Assembly (NCBI GenBank): GCA_964618715.1
Contig: CAZUDR010000002.1
Coordinates: 1-36,419 of the forward strand
DNA from: an uncultured Undibacter sp.
Lineage (GTDB): Bacteria > Pseudomonadota > Alphaproteobacteria > Rhizobiales > Xanthobacteraceae
Direction of reading: 5' to 3'
Length of the DNA: 36,419 nucleotides
The notes beneath the pieces were generated by a model. It ran no database searches. It saw nothing but the letters and a program-made list of their open reading frames with translations, and was not told where the DNA came from. Shown here piece by piece: positions 28,509-36,419 of the stretch (the stretch's first letter is position 1; every line of letters starts with the position of its first letter). The position numbers and the translations under genes were made by a program.

Positions 28509-30124
28509 CAGGCGACTTCCCTGCGGCCGAAGCGCACCGGCTCGGGCCTGAGCTCGCCGCGCCTGACCATCTGCACCAGCTCGCGCTTGAGGATCTTGCC
28601 GCTGGCGGTGAGCGGGAATTCCGCAACACGCAGATAGAACTCGGGCATGTCGTATTTCGACAGGCCTTCCGTGTTGAGATGCGCCAGGATCGCGTCGCCG
28701 GCGACTTCGCCGATGATGGCCAGGCACACCCGCTCGCCCAGCCGCTCGTCGGCAACCGGAAAGGCGGCCGCCTTGGCGACCTGCGGGTGGCGCAGCGCCA
28801 GCGCCTCGATGGCGGCGGGATAGATGTTGTGGCCGCCGCGGATGATGACGTCCTTCAGGCGGCCCTCGATCTTCAGGTTGCCGCGTTCGTCGAGCCGGCC
28901 GAGGTCACCGGAGAGAAACCAGCCGTCCCGGTTGAAGCTCTGCTCGGTGGCGGTCTGGTTGTCGAGATAGCCGAGCATCAGCGCCGCGCCGCGCCCGCCG
29001 ATCTGGCCGACTGTGCCGGCCGGCACCTCGCGGTCAGCGTCGGCCACATCGAAGATGCGCACCTCGTAGGCCGGCCCGCCGCGTCCGCAGGTGTTGATGA
29101 TGGTCGCCTCGTCGTCGTCGGGATGCGTGTACTGGTGCGACGAGTTCTCCGTCATGCCGTAGATGTTCTGCGGCTTGATGTTCTGGCGGACAAACGCTTC
29201 GCAGACCGAGGGCGGGATCGGCGCGCCCGCCATGTAGAACAGTTTCACCGCGCCCATCTTGTCGATGTCGCGTGCCCGTTGCTCCGCCAGCACGTCGATG
29301 GCGTGGGTCGGCACGCCCATCACGTATGTGGCACCGGTCTCGATGATCCAGTCCAGCCGGCTCCTGCCCGCCGGCGGATCGTCGACCGCGAACTCGCATC
29401 CTGCCAGCAGCCATTGCGCCACCGCCACCCATGCGATGTGGTGCGACAAGGGCGAGAGCGACAGCAGCACGGTGTCCGGCCCGTGGCCCCAGTCGCGCGC
29501 CAGATCACGCGCATTGGCGAGCAGGGTATTGTCCGAATGCATGACGCATTTCGGCGTACCGGTGGTGCCGGAGGTGAAGGCGAGATAGCTCACCTTGTCG
29601 GGGTCATCGACCGGCGCACCGGTCACCGCACCCGGCCCGGGGAATGCGTCACGGCTGTAGACCTTGCGCAGCGAAGCGACGCCGCGCAGCATGGCATCGA
29701 AGTCTGCGCCGGCGCGGTCTGCACCCCATCCCGGCTCGGTGACGAAGGCCCTGGCCTGCAGGCGATCAAGCAATTGCACGATCTCGCCGCAGGTATAGGT
29801 CCGGTGGAGCGAGGGATTGCAGGCGTAGCCCTCGCGCGCGCAGGCGATGAAGGTGACGACCGCTTCCAGCCTGTTCGACATCCAGACGGAGACGCGGTCG
29901 CCGCCGACCAGCCCCTGCCCGCGCAGGTCGGCGGCCGTGCCGTCCACCCACGCCCGCAATTCCCGCCAGGTCAGCCGCCGCGTGCCATCACGCAGGGCGA
30001 AGGCGTCGGGGCGCGCCCCGGCATGGCCGGCCAGCAAGCTGTAGAAGGTGTCCCCGCGCCACGTGCCTTCGGCGTAATAGCGGCGCGCATCGCGCGGGTG
30101 ATGCAGGGTGAGGAACGGCCGCAA
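28508..30124 (-). CDS. Acyl-CoA synthetase (AMP-forming), cyclohexanecarboxylate-CoA-ligase-like
   Basis: FTSGTTGTPK, YGMTE, SGDLG, IRGGHNI, PLTASGKILK; TTG start after GGAGG. Confidence 0.87.
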   Translation of the reverse strand: MRPFLTLHHPRDARRYYAEGTWRGDTFYSLLAGHAGARPDAFALRDGTRRLTWRELRAWVDGTAADLRGQGLVGGDRVSVWMSNRLEAVVTFIACAREGYACNPSLHRTYTCGEIVQLLDRLQARAFVTEPGWGADRAGADFDAMLRGVASLRKVYSRDAFPGPGAVTGAPVDDPDKVSYLAFTSGTTGTPKCVMHSDNTLLANARDLARDWGHGPDTVLLSLSPLSHHIAWVAVAQWLLAGCEFAVDDPPAGRSRLDWIIETGATYVMGVPTHAIDVLAEQRARDIDKMGAVKLFYMAGAPIPPSVCEAFVRQNIKPQNIYGMTENSSHQYTHPDDDEATIINTCGRGGPAYEVRIFDVADADREVPAGTVGQIGGRGAALMLGYLDNQTATEQSFNRDGWFLSGDLGRLDERGNLKIEGRLKDVIIRGGHNIYPAAIEALALRHPQVAKAAAFPVADERLGERVCLAIIGEVAGDAILAHLNTEGLSKYDMPEFYLRVAEFPLTASGKILKRELVQMVRRGELRPEPVRFGRREVA

Positions 30125-30128
30125 CGGC

Positions 30129-30908
30129 TCACCTCCCGAACCTGGTCTGGTCGGGCTTGCGCTTCCCGCTCATCGAGGCGCCCAGCTCGTGGCTCTCGTC
30201 GGACTCGAGATAGGCGCGCAGCAGCAGATCGTGCGACAGCCGCGCCAGGCCGCCAACGCCGCCATGGCGGGCGTTGAACGCGGCCTTCACCGAGGCCAGC
30301 GCGAAGGCGCCGCGCTCGCACAGGTCCAGCGCCAGCTTGCGGGTTTCTTCCTTGAGCCTGTCATCCGGCACCACGCGGTTGATCAGTCCGATCGCCTCGG
30401 CCTCGCGCGCCGTCAGCTTCGGATTGAGGTACCACATCTCCTTCGCCTTCTTCTTGCCGACCAGATCCTCCAGATACCATGTGCCGTAGCCCGCATCGAA
30501 CGAGCCCATCATCGGGCCGACCTGGCGGAAGACGGCACTTTCCCCGGCGATGGTGAGATCGCAGACCATCTGCAGCACATTGCCGCCGCCGACGGCAAAG
30601 CCGTTGACGCTGGCGATCACCGGCTTCTGCAGCTTGTCGATCGCCTCGTACATTTCCAGCGTCGGCAGCGTCCCGGCGTAGAGAATGGTGTCTTCCATGC
30701 CGTCCTTGCGTCCGCCGATGCAGAAGAAGCGGTCGCCCGCGCCCGTGATCACCAGCACGCGCGTGCGGGTCTCGCGCCGCATCACCTCGATGCAGTCGCG
30801 GATCTCGTGGCACATGACATGGGTGAACATGTTGCCGTCGTCCGGGCGGTTGAGCGTGATCGTTCCGACCGGGCCGTCTTCTTCGTAGAGAATTGTCTGA
30901 TACGCCAA
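30129..30908 (-). CDS. BadI/MenB-like crotonase-fold protein (putative 2-oxo-cycloalkyl-CoA ring-cleaving hydrolase)
   Basis: VNGFAVGGGNVLQMVCDLTIA, QVGPMMGSFDAGYG, VGKKKAKEMWYL; TTG start after GGAG. Confidence 0.82.
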   Translation of the reverse strand: MAYQTILYEEDGPVGTITLNRPDDGNMFTHVMCHEIRDCIEVMRRETRTRVLVITGAGDRFFCIGGRKDGMEDTILYAGTLPTLEMYEAIDKLQKPVIASVNGFAVGGGNVLQMVCDLTIAGESAVFRQVGPMMGSFDAGYGTWYLEDLVGKKKAKEMWYLNPKLTAREAEAIGLINRVVPDDRLKEETRKLALDLCERGAFALASVKAAFNARHGGVGGLARLSHDLLLRAYLESDESHELGASMSGKRKPDQTRFGR

Positions 30909-30918
30909 AATTCACTCC

Positions 30919-32184
30919 CTAGATGATGTCCTGGCGGCGCAGGTCGTCGATCCGCGCGTCATTGTAGTCGAGAAGCTCGCGCAGGATATCCTCGCTGTGC
31001 TCGCCCAGCCGGGGCGGCATGCAGCGCGCCGTCGCCGCATCGCCGTCGATGCGAATGCCGACGCCCATCTGGGGAAAGCGGCGCGTGCCGTCGTCAAGGC
31101 AGTAAAGCAGGCCGCGCGAGATCAGTTCGGGATCGGCGCTGGTTTCGTCGAGACGGTTGATTGGCCCGCAGGGAATGCGCGCGTCACCGAGCAGCTCGAG
31201 CCAGTGCGCCCGCGGCCTGGTCTTCAGCATTGCCTGGATGTCGGCGACGATTTCGGTGCGTCGCGCGCGCCGATCCTTGTTCGTGGCCGTGGCCGGGTCG
31301 TCGGCCCGCTCCGGTTGCCCCACCGCGGTCCAGAAGCGTCGCCACAGATTGTCGTTGCCAAGCCCCAGCGTGATCGGCTCGTCGGCGGTGTCGAAGGGCT
31401 GATAGACCGCAATCACGCTCGCCCTGCCCCCGTCGCGGCGCAGCGGCTCGCCGGACCCGAGATAGGGCACGATCCGGCACGCCAGGAAGCGCGTCATGGA
31501 GTCGACCAGCGCCACGTCGATGACGCGGCCGCGGCCGCTGCGCAAACGCTCGAACAGAGCGGCCATCGTGGCCATGGCCGCGTCCTGCCCGGCCAGCATG
31601 TCGGCGGCCGGCGCGCCGATCTTCTGCGGCTCGCCGTCCGGCTCCCCTGTCATATCCATGATTCCGGAATAGCCTTCGGCAATCAGATCGTAACCGGGCC
31701 AGTCGGCCCGGGCGCCGTCGAGGCCGTAGCCGGTGATCGACACGTAGACGATGTCGGGACGAATGCGGTGCACGGTGTCGGCGTCTATGCCGAGTTTCTT
31801 CGTTACCCGCGGCGGCTGATTGAGCACCATGACGTCGCATTTTGCGATCAGCTCGCGCAGCACCGCTGCGCCTTCCGGCCGCGCGATGTCGAGCGCAAGG
31901 CTGCGCTTGTTGCGGTTGACCGATATGAACCACAGTGACTCGTCGTCGAGAAACGGCGGGCCCCAGGCCCGTGTGTCGTCACCGGCGCCGCGACGCTCGA
32001 TCTTGATTACGTCGGCGCCGAAGTCGGCCAGCAGCAGCGTGGCAAAAGGCCCGGCCACCGAGGTGGTCAGGTCGAGAACCCGCACGCCCTCGAGAAAGGT
32101 CCAGCCCGCGCCCGGAGCCACGCACGGCAGGTGGTCCATCGGCAGGCCGGTGGCCGGCTGGGATCGTCGCTGCGGATCGGACAT
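30919..32184 (-). CDS. CaiB/BaiF class III CoA-transferase
   Basis: LDLTTSVAGPFA, GADVIKIE, GDDTR, NRNKRS, PGYD, AADMLAG (catalytic Asp), PPRLGEHS; ATG at 32184 after GGGAG. Confidence 0.88.
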   Translation of the reverse strand: MSDPQRRSQPATGLPMDHLPCVAPGAGWTFLEGVRVLDLTTSVAGPFATLLLADFGADVIKIERRGAGDDTRAWGPPFLDDESLWFISVNRNKRSLALDIARPEGAAVLRELIAKCDVMVLNQPPRVTKKLGIDADTVHRIRPDIVYVSITGYGLDGARADWPGYDLIAEGYSGIMDMTGEPDGEPQKIGAPAADMLAGQDAAMATMAALFERLRSGRGRVIDVALVDSMTRFLACRIVPYLGSGEPLRRDGGRASVIAVYQPFDTADEPITLGLGNDNLWRRFWTAVGQPERADDPATATNKDRRARRTEIVADIQAMLKTRPRAHWLELLGDARIPCGPINRLDETSADPELISRGLLYCLDDGTRRFPQMGVGIRIDGDAATARCMPPRLGEHSEDILRELLDYNDARIDDLRRQDII

Positions 32185-32370
32185 GAGGCACGCTCCCGGC
32201 ACTGCAGGTGGCCGGCAGCATAACATTCTCCCGCCCCGCGGCGAGTGGGCGCGCCGGGGGGCACCATGCGGTGACGGTCCATGGCAACCCGGCCATGGCG
32301 CACTATTCGGTTGCCTTCAGAGTAAAGTTACAAATTCCTTATAGGCCTTCTGCAACCGCAAGGTGGCGGA

Positions 32371-33744
32371 ATGGCCCTGATCGACGTGAAGGACATGCCG
32401 GCACGGCGCCTCTTCCAGGGCGCGCGTGCGCGTATGCGCGAATGGCTCACCGGCGAACATGCGCTGACGCAGCGCATGGCCGGCGCGGCCTTTGCGATCC
32501 GCGTTGCCAGCGCGGGTATCATGTTTGTCCTTCAGATCCTGCTGGCGCGCTGGATGGGCGGCGCCGAGTTCGGCACGTACGTTTATGTCTGGACCTGGCT
32601 GCTGCTGCTCGGCGACCTCGTTCATCTCGGCATGCCGCTCACCGCCCAGCGATTCGTGCCGGAATACCGCCAGGCCGGCACCCTCGACCTGCTCCGTGGC
32701 TACCTGAGCGGCAGTCGCTGGATCGTCTTCGCGCTCTCCACTGCAGCGGCAATCATCGGCGCGATGATCGTGAATGCGCTCGAGCGCTCGCTCGAGACCA
32801 ACGTCATCCTGCCGTTTTACTTTGCCTGTGCCGCGCTGCCCTTCTATGCGCTCGGGTTCATGGTCGACGGGCTGGCGCGCTCGTACAACTGGATCAATCT
32901 TGCGCTAATGCCGCCCTATGTGGTGCGGCCCGTGCTTGTCATGCTCGCGATCGGCTCGATCCGCCTGGCCGGTGTCCCGCTCGATGCCACGAACGTGATG
33001 GCCGTGATGGCGGGCACCGTCTGGCTGACCGCGTTGCTACAGCTCCTCGCAGTGCAGCGTCGGCTGAAGGCCGCGGTCGAGCCAGGCCCAAGGGCCTATG
33101 CGGCAAGGACGTGGCTCGCCACCTCGCTGCCGATCATCCTCGTCTGGGGGATGTACACCCTGCTCACCTCCACCGACGTGCTGGTGCTCAAGCAATTCCG
33201 GCCGGCCGAAGAGGTTGCGCATTACTATGCCGCGGCCAAGACACTGGCGCTGATCAGCATCATCCATTTTGCCGTCGCCGCCGCCTCCGCTCACCGCTTT
33301 ACCGGCCTGCACGTGGCCGGCGACCGCGACGGTCTCGACCGCTTTGCCTCCAGCACGGTGCGATGGGTGTTCTGGCCGTCGCTGGCCCTGACCGTACTGC
33401 TGCTCGCGTTGGGACCCTGGGTGCTCATGCTGTTTGGACCCGGCTTCGAGGCCGGCTACCCGGTGATGGTGATCCTCGCGCTCGGCCAGCTTGCGCGCGC
33501 TGCCATCGGCCCGTCGGAACGATTGCTCAACATGCTCGGACAGCAGCGCATTTGCGCCGTCGCCTACGCCGCCGCCTTCACGGTCAATATCGTCGGCTGC
33601 GTGCTGCTGGCGCCGGCCTACGGCGGCGTGGGTGCAGCCTGCTCCACCGCGGCGGCCTTCGCCGTCGAGTCAACGCTGCTGTTCCTGATCGCGCGCTCCC
33701 GCCTCGGCCTGCACATGCTCATCTGGCGACCACATCACGCCTGA
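32371..33744 (+). CDS. Wzx-like oligosaccharide flippase / polysaccharide biosynthesis membrane protein
   Basis: About 12 hydrophobic segments; LLARWMGGAEFGTY, TDVLVL..F, GPSERLLNMLG. Confidence 0.85.
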   Translation: MALIDVKDMPARRLFQGARARMREWLTGEHALTQRMAGAAFAIRVASAGIMFVLQILLARWMGGAEFGTYVYVWTWLLLLGDLVHLGMPLTAQRFVPEYRQAGTLDLLRGYLSGSRWIVFALSTAAAIIGAMIVNALERSLETNVILPFYFACAALPFYALGFMVDGLARSYNWINLALMPPYVVRPVLVMLAIGSIRLAGVPLDATNVMAVMAGTVWLTALLQLLAVQRRLKAAVEPGPRAYAARTWLATSLPIILVWGMYTLLTSTDVLVLKQFRPAEEVAHYYAAAKTLALISIIHFAVAAASAHRFTGLHVAGDRDGLDRFASSTVRWVFWPSLALTVLLLALGPWVLMLFGPGFEAGYPVMVILALGQLARAAIGPSERLLNMLGQQRICAVAYAAAFTVNIVGCVLLAPAYGGVGAACSTAAAFAVESTLLFLIARSRLGLHMLIWRPHHA

Positions 33745-33874
33745 CCGCAGACGCAGTGAATTTCCCGCGACGTTGCACGCGCTTAACCCTAACGGATTGC
33801 AAGCGCAAGCCACTGCATTTCAGACATTTTGTAACGGCGCATGAACGCATTACCGCTAAAACGGAACCTGGCCC

Positions 33875-35170
33875 ATGAGGCCGGGGGAACGTCACGTGTC
33901 ATCGCCATTCATTCTGGCTGAAGCGGATACACTTCTTGTACCTGCCGCGCGCGAGCAGCTTGTGCCTGTCGCGCGCGAGCCACGCAGCGTCATTCGCGCA
34001 CGCGAAGCGGCGCGGCCGCCGCAGCCGGTCGCCGTCGAAGTGGCCAGCCCTGCCCGGCTGGCCGAAATCGACGGCGCCTGGCAGGATCTTCTGGCAAGGG
34101 CCGACGCGCCCAACGTGTTCATGAATCCGGCGCTGATCCATCTCGCCGCCCGATCCTATCCTGATCGTCGCATTTGCGCGCTGCTGGCCTGGCAAAACGA
34201 ATCCGGCGGCGAGCGCCTGGTCGGCGTCTGGGCCCTTGCGCAATGCCGCCCGCCACAGTCCGCCCTTCCGGTGACCGTACTGGCGGCGCCGGCAATGCCG
34301 AACGCCTATCTGGCCACGCCCGTGATCGACCGCGGCTGTCTCGACGAGACACTGACCGCGATGCTCGACCGCATTGCCGGTGATGCCACCCTGCCCAGGA
34401 TCATCGCCCTCGGCGCCATGACCGCAGACTGCGCCACAATGGAGGCGCTCAACAGGGTGCTGGCAGCGCGGCACAGTTTTCCCTGCATTTTTGACCGGAC
34501 ACGGCGTCCAAAGCTCGCCTCCGGTCTCGACGGCAAACAGTACCTGGAAAAGGCCCTGTCCGGTGGCAGCCGCAAGAAGCTGCGTCAGCAGCGCCGGCGC
34601 CTGGGCGAAAAGGGCGCGCTCGAATTCCGCGTCATCAGCGAGCCGGCCGCGCTGCGCACCGCATTCGAGGACTTCCTGTCGACCGAGGCGACCGGCTGGA
34701 AGGGACGACGGGGCACGGCGCTCGCCAGCGATCCGGCCGACGCCGCCTTTGCGCGCAACATGATCGCCACGCTGGCGCAGCGGGGCGAGGCCGCGATCCA
34801 TGTTCTGACGCTTGCCGGGCACCCGGTCAGCCTGCAGGTTGTGCTGCGCGCCGGTGCCGCGGCCTACACCTGGAAGACCGCGTACGACGAGCGTTTGCAC
34901 GACTACTCGCCGGGCATGCTGCTGCTCGAGGACTACACCGCCGCCTTCCTCGCGGACGAGCGGATCGCCTACGTCGATTCCTGCGCCTTCAACGACAGCG
35001 GCTTCATGGCAACCTGGCGAGAGCGCGAAGCAGTCGCAGACTTGTGGATCGACGCGTGCCCCCGCGCATCGTGGCAATTCACCATGCTCTGCCACATGCA
35101 GAAGGGCTATCTCGCCCTGCGCGCCGGTGCCAAGAAAATTTATCGTTGCATCTCGCGCCGTTCGCAATGA
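33875..35170 (+). CDS. GNAT-family acyltransferase, CelD/BcsL type
   Basis: NVFMNP, RKKLRQQRRRLGEKG, EATGWKGRRGTA, WKTAYDERLHDYSPGMLL. Confidence 0.83.
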   Translation: MRPGERHVSSPFILAEADTLLVPAAREQLVPVAREPRSVIRAREAARPPQPVAVEVASPARLAEIDGAWQDLLARADAPNVFMNPALIHLAARSYPDRRICALLAWQNESGGERLVGVWALAQCRPPQSALPVTVLAAPAMPNAYLATPVIDRGCLDETLTAMLDRIAGDATLPRIIALGAMTADCATMEALNRVLAARHSFPCIFDRTRRPKLASGLDGKQYLEKALSGGSRKKLRQQRRRLGEKGALEFRVISEPAALRTAFEDFLSTEATGWKGRRGTALASDPADAAFARNMIATLAQRGEAAIHVLTLAGHPVSLQVVLRAGAAAYTWKTAYDERLHDYSPGMLLLEDYTAAFLADERIAYVDSCAFNDSGFMATWREREAVADLWIDACPRASWQFTMLCHMQKGYLALRAGAKKIYRCISRRSQ

Positions 35171-35291
35171 CGTCGAAGGGCAACTTAACCATTTGCGCCG
35201 CGCGATTAAGCACAACACTGCAAAGAGTTGGCGAAGTGCTCGAAACTGACCTAGCTGTCTTGTTCCCCGCCCGGCGATTTGGAGTCGGTTG

Positions 35292-36353
35292 ATGCGCAAC
35301 ACGGACGTGGCCATTGTCGGCGGCGGACTCGCAGGCTCCCTCGCGGCGGCGATGCTGGGTAAGGCGGGCATTGACGCCACGCTGATCGATCCCCATCCCG
35401 AGTATCCGCCCGATTTCCGGTGCGAGAAGCTCGACGGCGCCCAGGTCGAACTGCTGAAGAAGACCGGCCTGGCTGACGGCGTCCTGCGCGCCGCCACGCA
35501 CGACCGCGAATGCTGGGTTGCGCGATTTGGTCATGTCATCGACAAACGGCCGGGCGACCAGCATGGAATTTTCTATGCGCCGCTGGTCAACACCATTCGC
35601 GGCCTCATCCCGCCGCAGGTCCCGTTCATCCACGCCAAGGCAACGGCGATTGTCACCGGCGACGACCGGCAAACCGTCACCCTCTCCGGAGGCGACACCG
35701 TGTCGGCACGGCTCGTGGTGCTGGCCAATGGCCTCAACATCGGGCTGCGCGACAGGATTGGCCTCAGGCGTGAAATGCTGAGCGAATGCCATTCGATCAG
35801 CATCGGCTTTGACGTCAAACCGGTCGGCCGGCCCGGCTTCGCCTTTCCGGCGCTCACCTACTATGCCGAGCGAACCAGTGATCGCACCGCGCTGATTACC
35901 TTTTTTCCCATCGGCTCCACGATGCGCGCCAATCTGTTTGTCTATCGCGACATGCGCGATCCGTGGCTCAAGCAGTTCCGCGATGCGCCGCAAAAGACCC
36001 TGTTTGAGCTGATGCCCGGACTGCGGCCGCTGATGGGCGAATTCGAGGTCACCGACTTCATCAAGATTCGCCCGGTCGACCTTTATGCCATCCATGGCCA
36101 CGAGCTCGCCGGTCTGGTGCTTGTCGGCGACGCCTTCTCCACCTCCTGCCCGGCGGCCGGCACAGGCGCGCGCAAGGCGATCAATGACGTGCTGGAGAGC
36201 CGGGCCTGGTGGCGTGAGCCCGGTACGCGGACCGAGACCTTCGAACGCGAGTTTGCCGAGGCCCATGGTGCCAAACACGGCATCGCGATCACCAACGGCA
36301 CGCACGCCATCGAGGTCGTGATGGCCGCGCTGGGAATTGGAATGGGTGAATAA
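35292..36353 (+). CDS. FAD-dependent oxidoreductase/monooxygenase; C-terminus replaced by aminotransferase-like sequence
   Basis: VAIVGGGLAGSLAA, VLANG, LVGDAFSTSCPAAGTG; family similarity ends near 36190. ATG at 35292 after GGAG. Confidence 0.7.
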   Translation: MRNTDVAIVGGGLAGSLAAAMLGKAGIDATLIDPHPEYPPDFRCEKLDGAQVELLKKTGLADGVLRAATHDRECWVARFGHVIDKRPGDQHGIFYAPLVNTIRGLIPPQVPFIHAKATAIVTGDDRQTVTLSGGDTVSARLVVLANGLNIGLRDRIGLRREMLSECHSISIGFDVKPVGRPGFAFPALTYYAERTSDRTALITFFPIGSTMRANLFVYRDMRDPWLKQFRDAPQKTLFELMPGLRPLMGEFEVTDFIKIRPVDLYAIHGHELAGLVLVGDAFSTSCPAAGTGARKAINDVLESRAWWREPGTRTETFEREFAEAHGAKHGIAITNGTHAIEVVMAALGIGMGE

Positions 36354-36419
36354 GTGATCGTGCCCGACTCGACGTTCGTGTCCACGGCCAGTGCCGTGCT
36401 GTTTGCCGGTGCGATGCCC
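36171..36419 (+). pseudogene. DegT/DnrJ/EryC1/StrS (AHBA-synthase-like) PLP aminotransferase N-terminal fragment with an in-frame stop
   Basis: RKAINDVLESRAWWREPGTRTETFEREFAEAHGAKHGIAITNGTHAIEVVMAALGIGMGE*VIVPDSTFVSTASAVLFAGAMP; matches the family pattern FE..FA...G...NGT..L..LGIG.GDEVIVP..TF..TA.AV. Confidence 0.75.

Noticed and set aside
30129-30908. Calling this gene menB (menaquinone synthesis)
   Set aside because: No other men genes are present, the context is beta-oxidation-like and the active-site loop diverges.

Overview
GC-rich window whose gene content suggests an alphaproteobacterium (probably Hyphomicrobiales; inferred, not tested). From left to right it contains: (1) the start of a benzoyl-CoA (box) locus, with boxC (partial) divergent from boxR, followed by a TrxR-type ferredoxin-NADP reductase and a [2Fe-2S] ferredoxin; (2) a phospholipase D-DedA/VTT fusion, an EEP-family hydrolase and a transglutaminase-like gene behind a sigma-EcfG-type promoter; (3) a 12-gene hopanoid cluster (ispH-hpnH, hpnB-C-D-E-shc, hpnI-J-K, hpnA, hpnG); (4) an acyl-CoA desaturase divergent from a persulfide-dioxygenase-like MBL hydrolase; (5) a tightly coupled 9-gene CoA-dependent operon with a divergent BadI/MenB-like ring hydrolase and a split PaaH-like dehydrogenase, which is the best candidate for an undescribed pathway; (6) polysaccharide-associated genes (flippase, CelD/BcsL GNAT, FAD oxidoreductase). 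The last gene switches abruptly, in frame, into a DegT/AHBA-synthase-like aminotransferase sequence, probably an assembly chimera. No rRNA, tRNA, CRISPR array or mobile element was recognised. All product calls come from motif recognition, not database searches.
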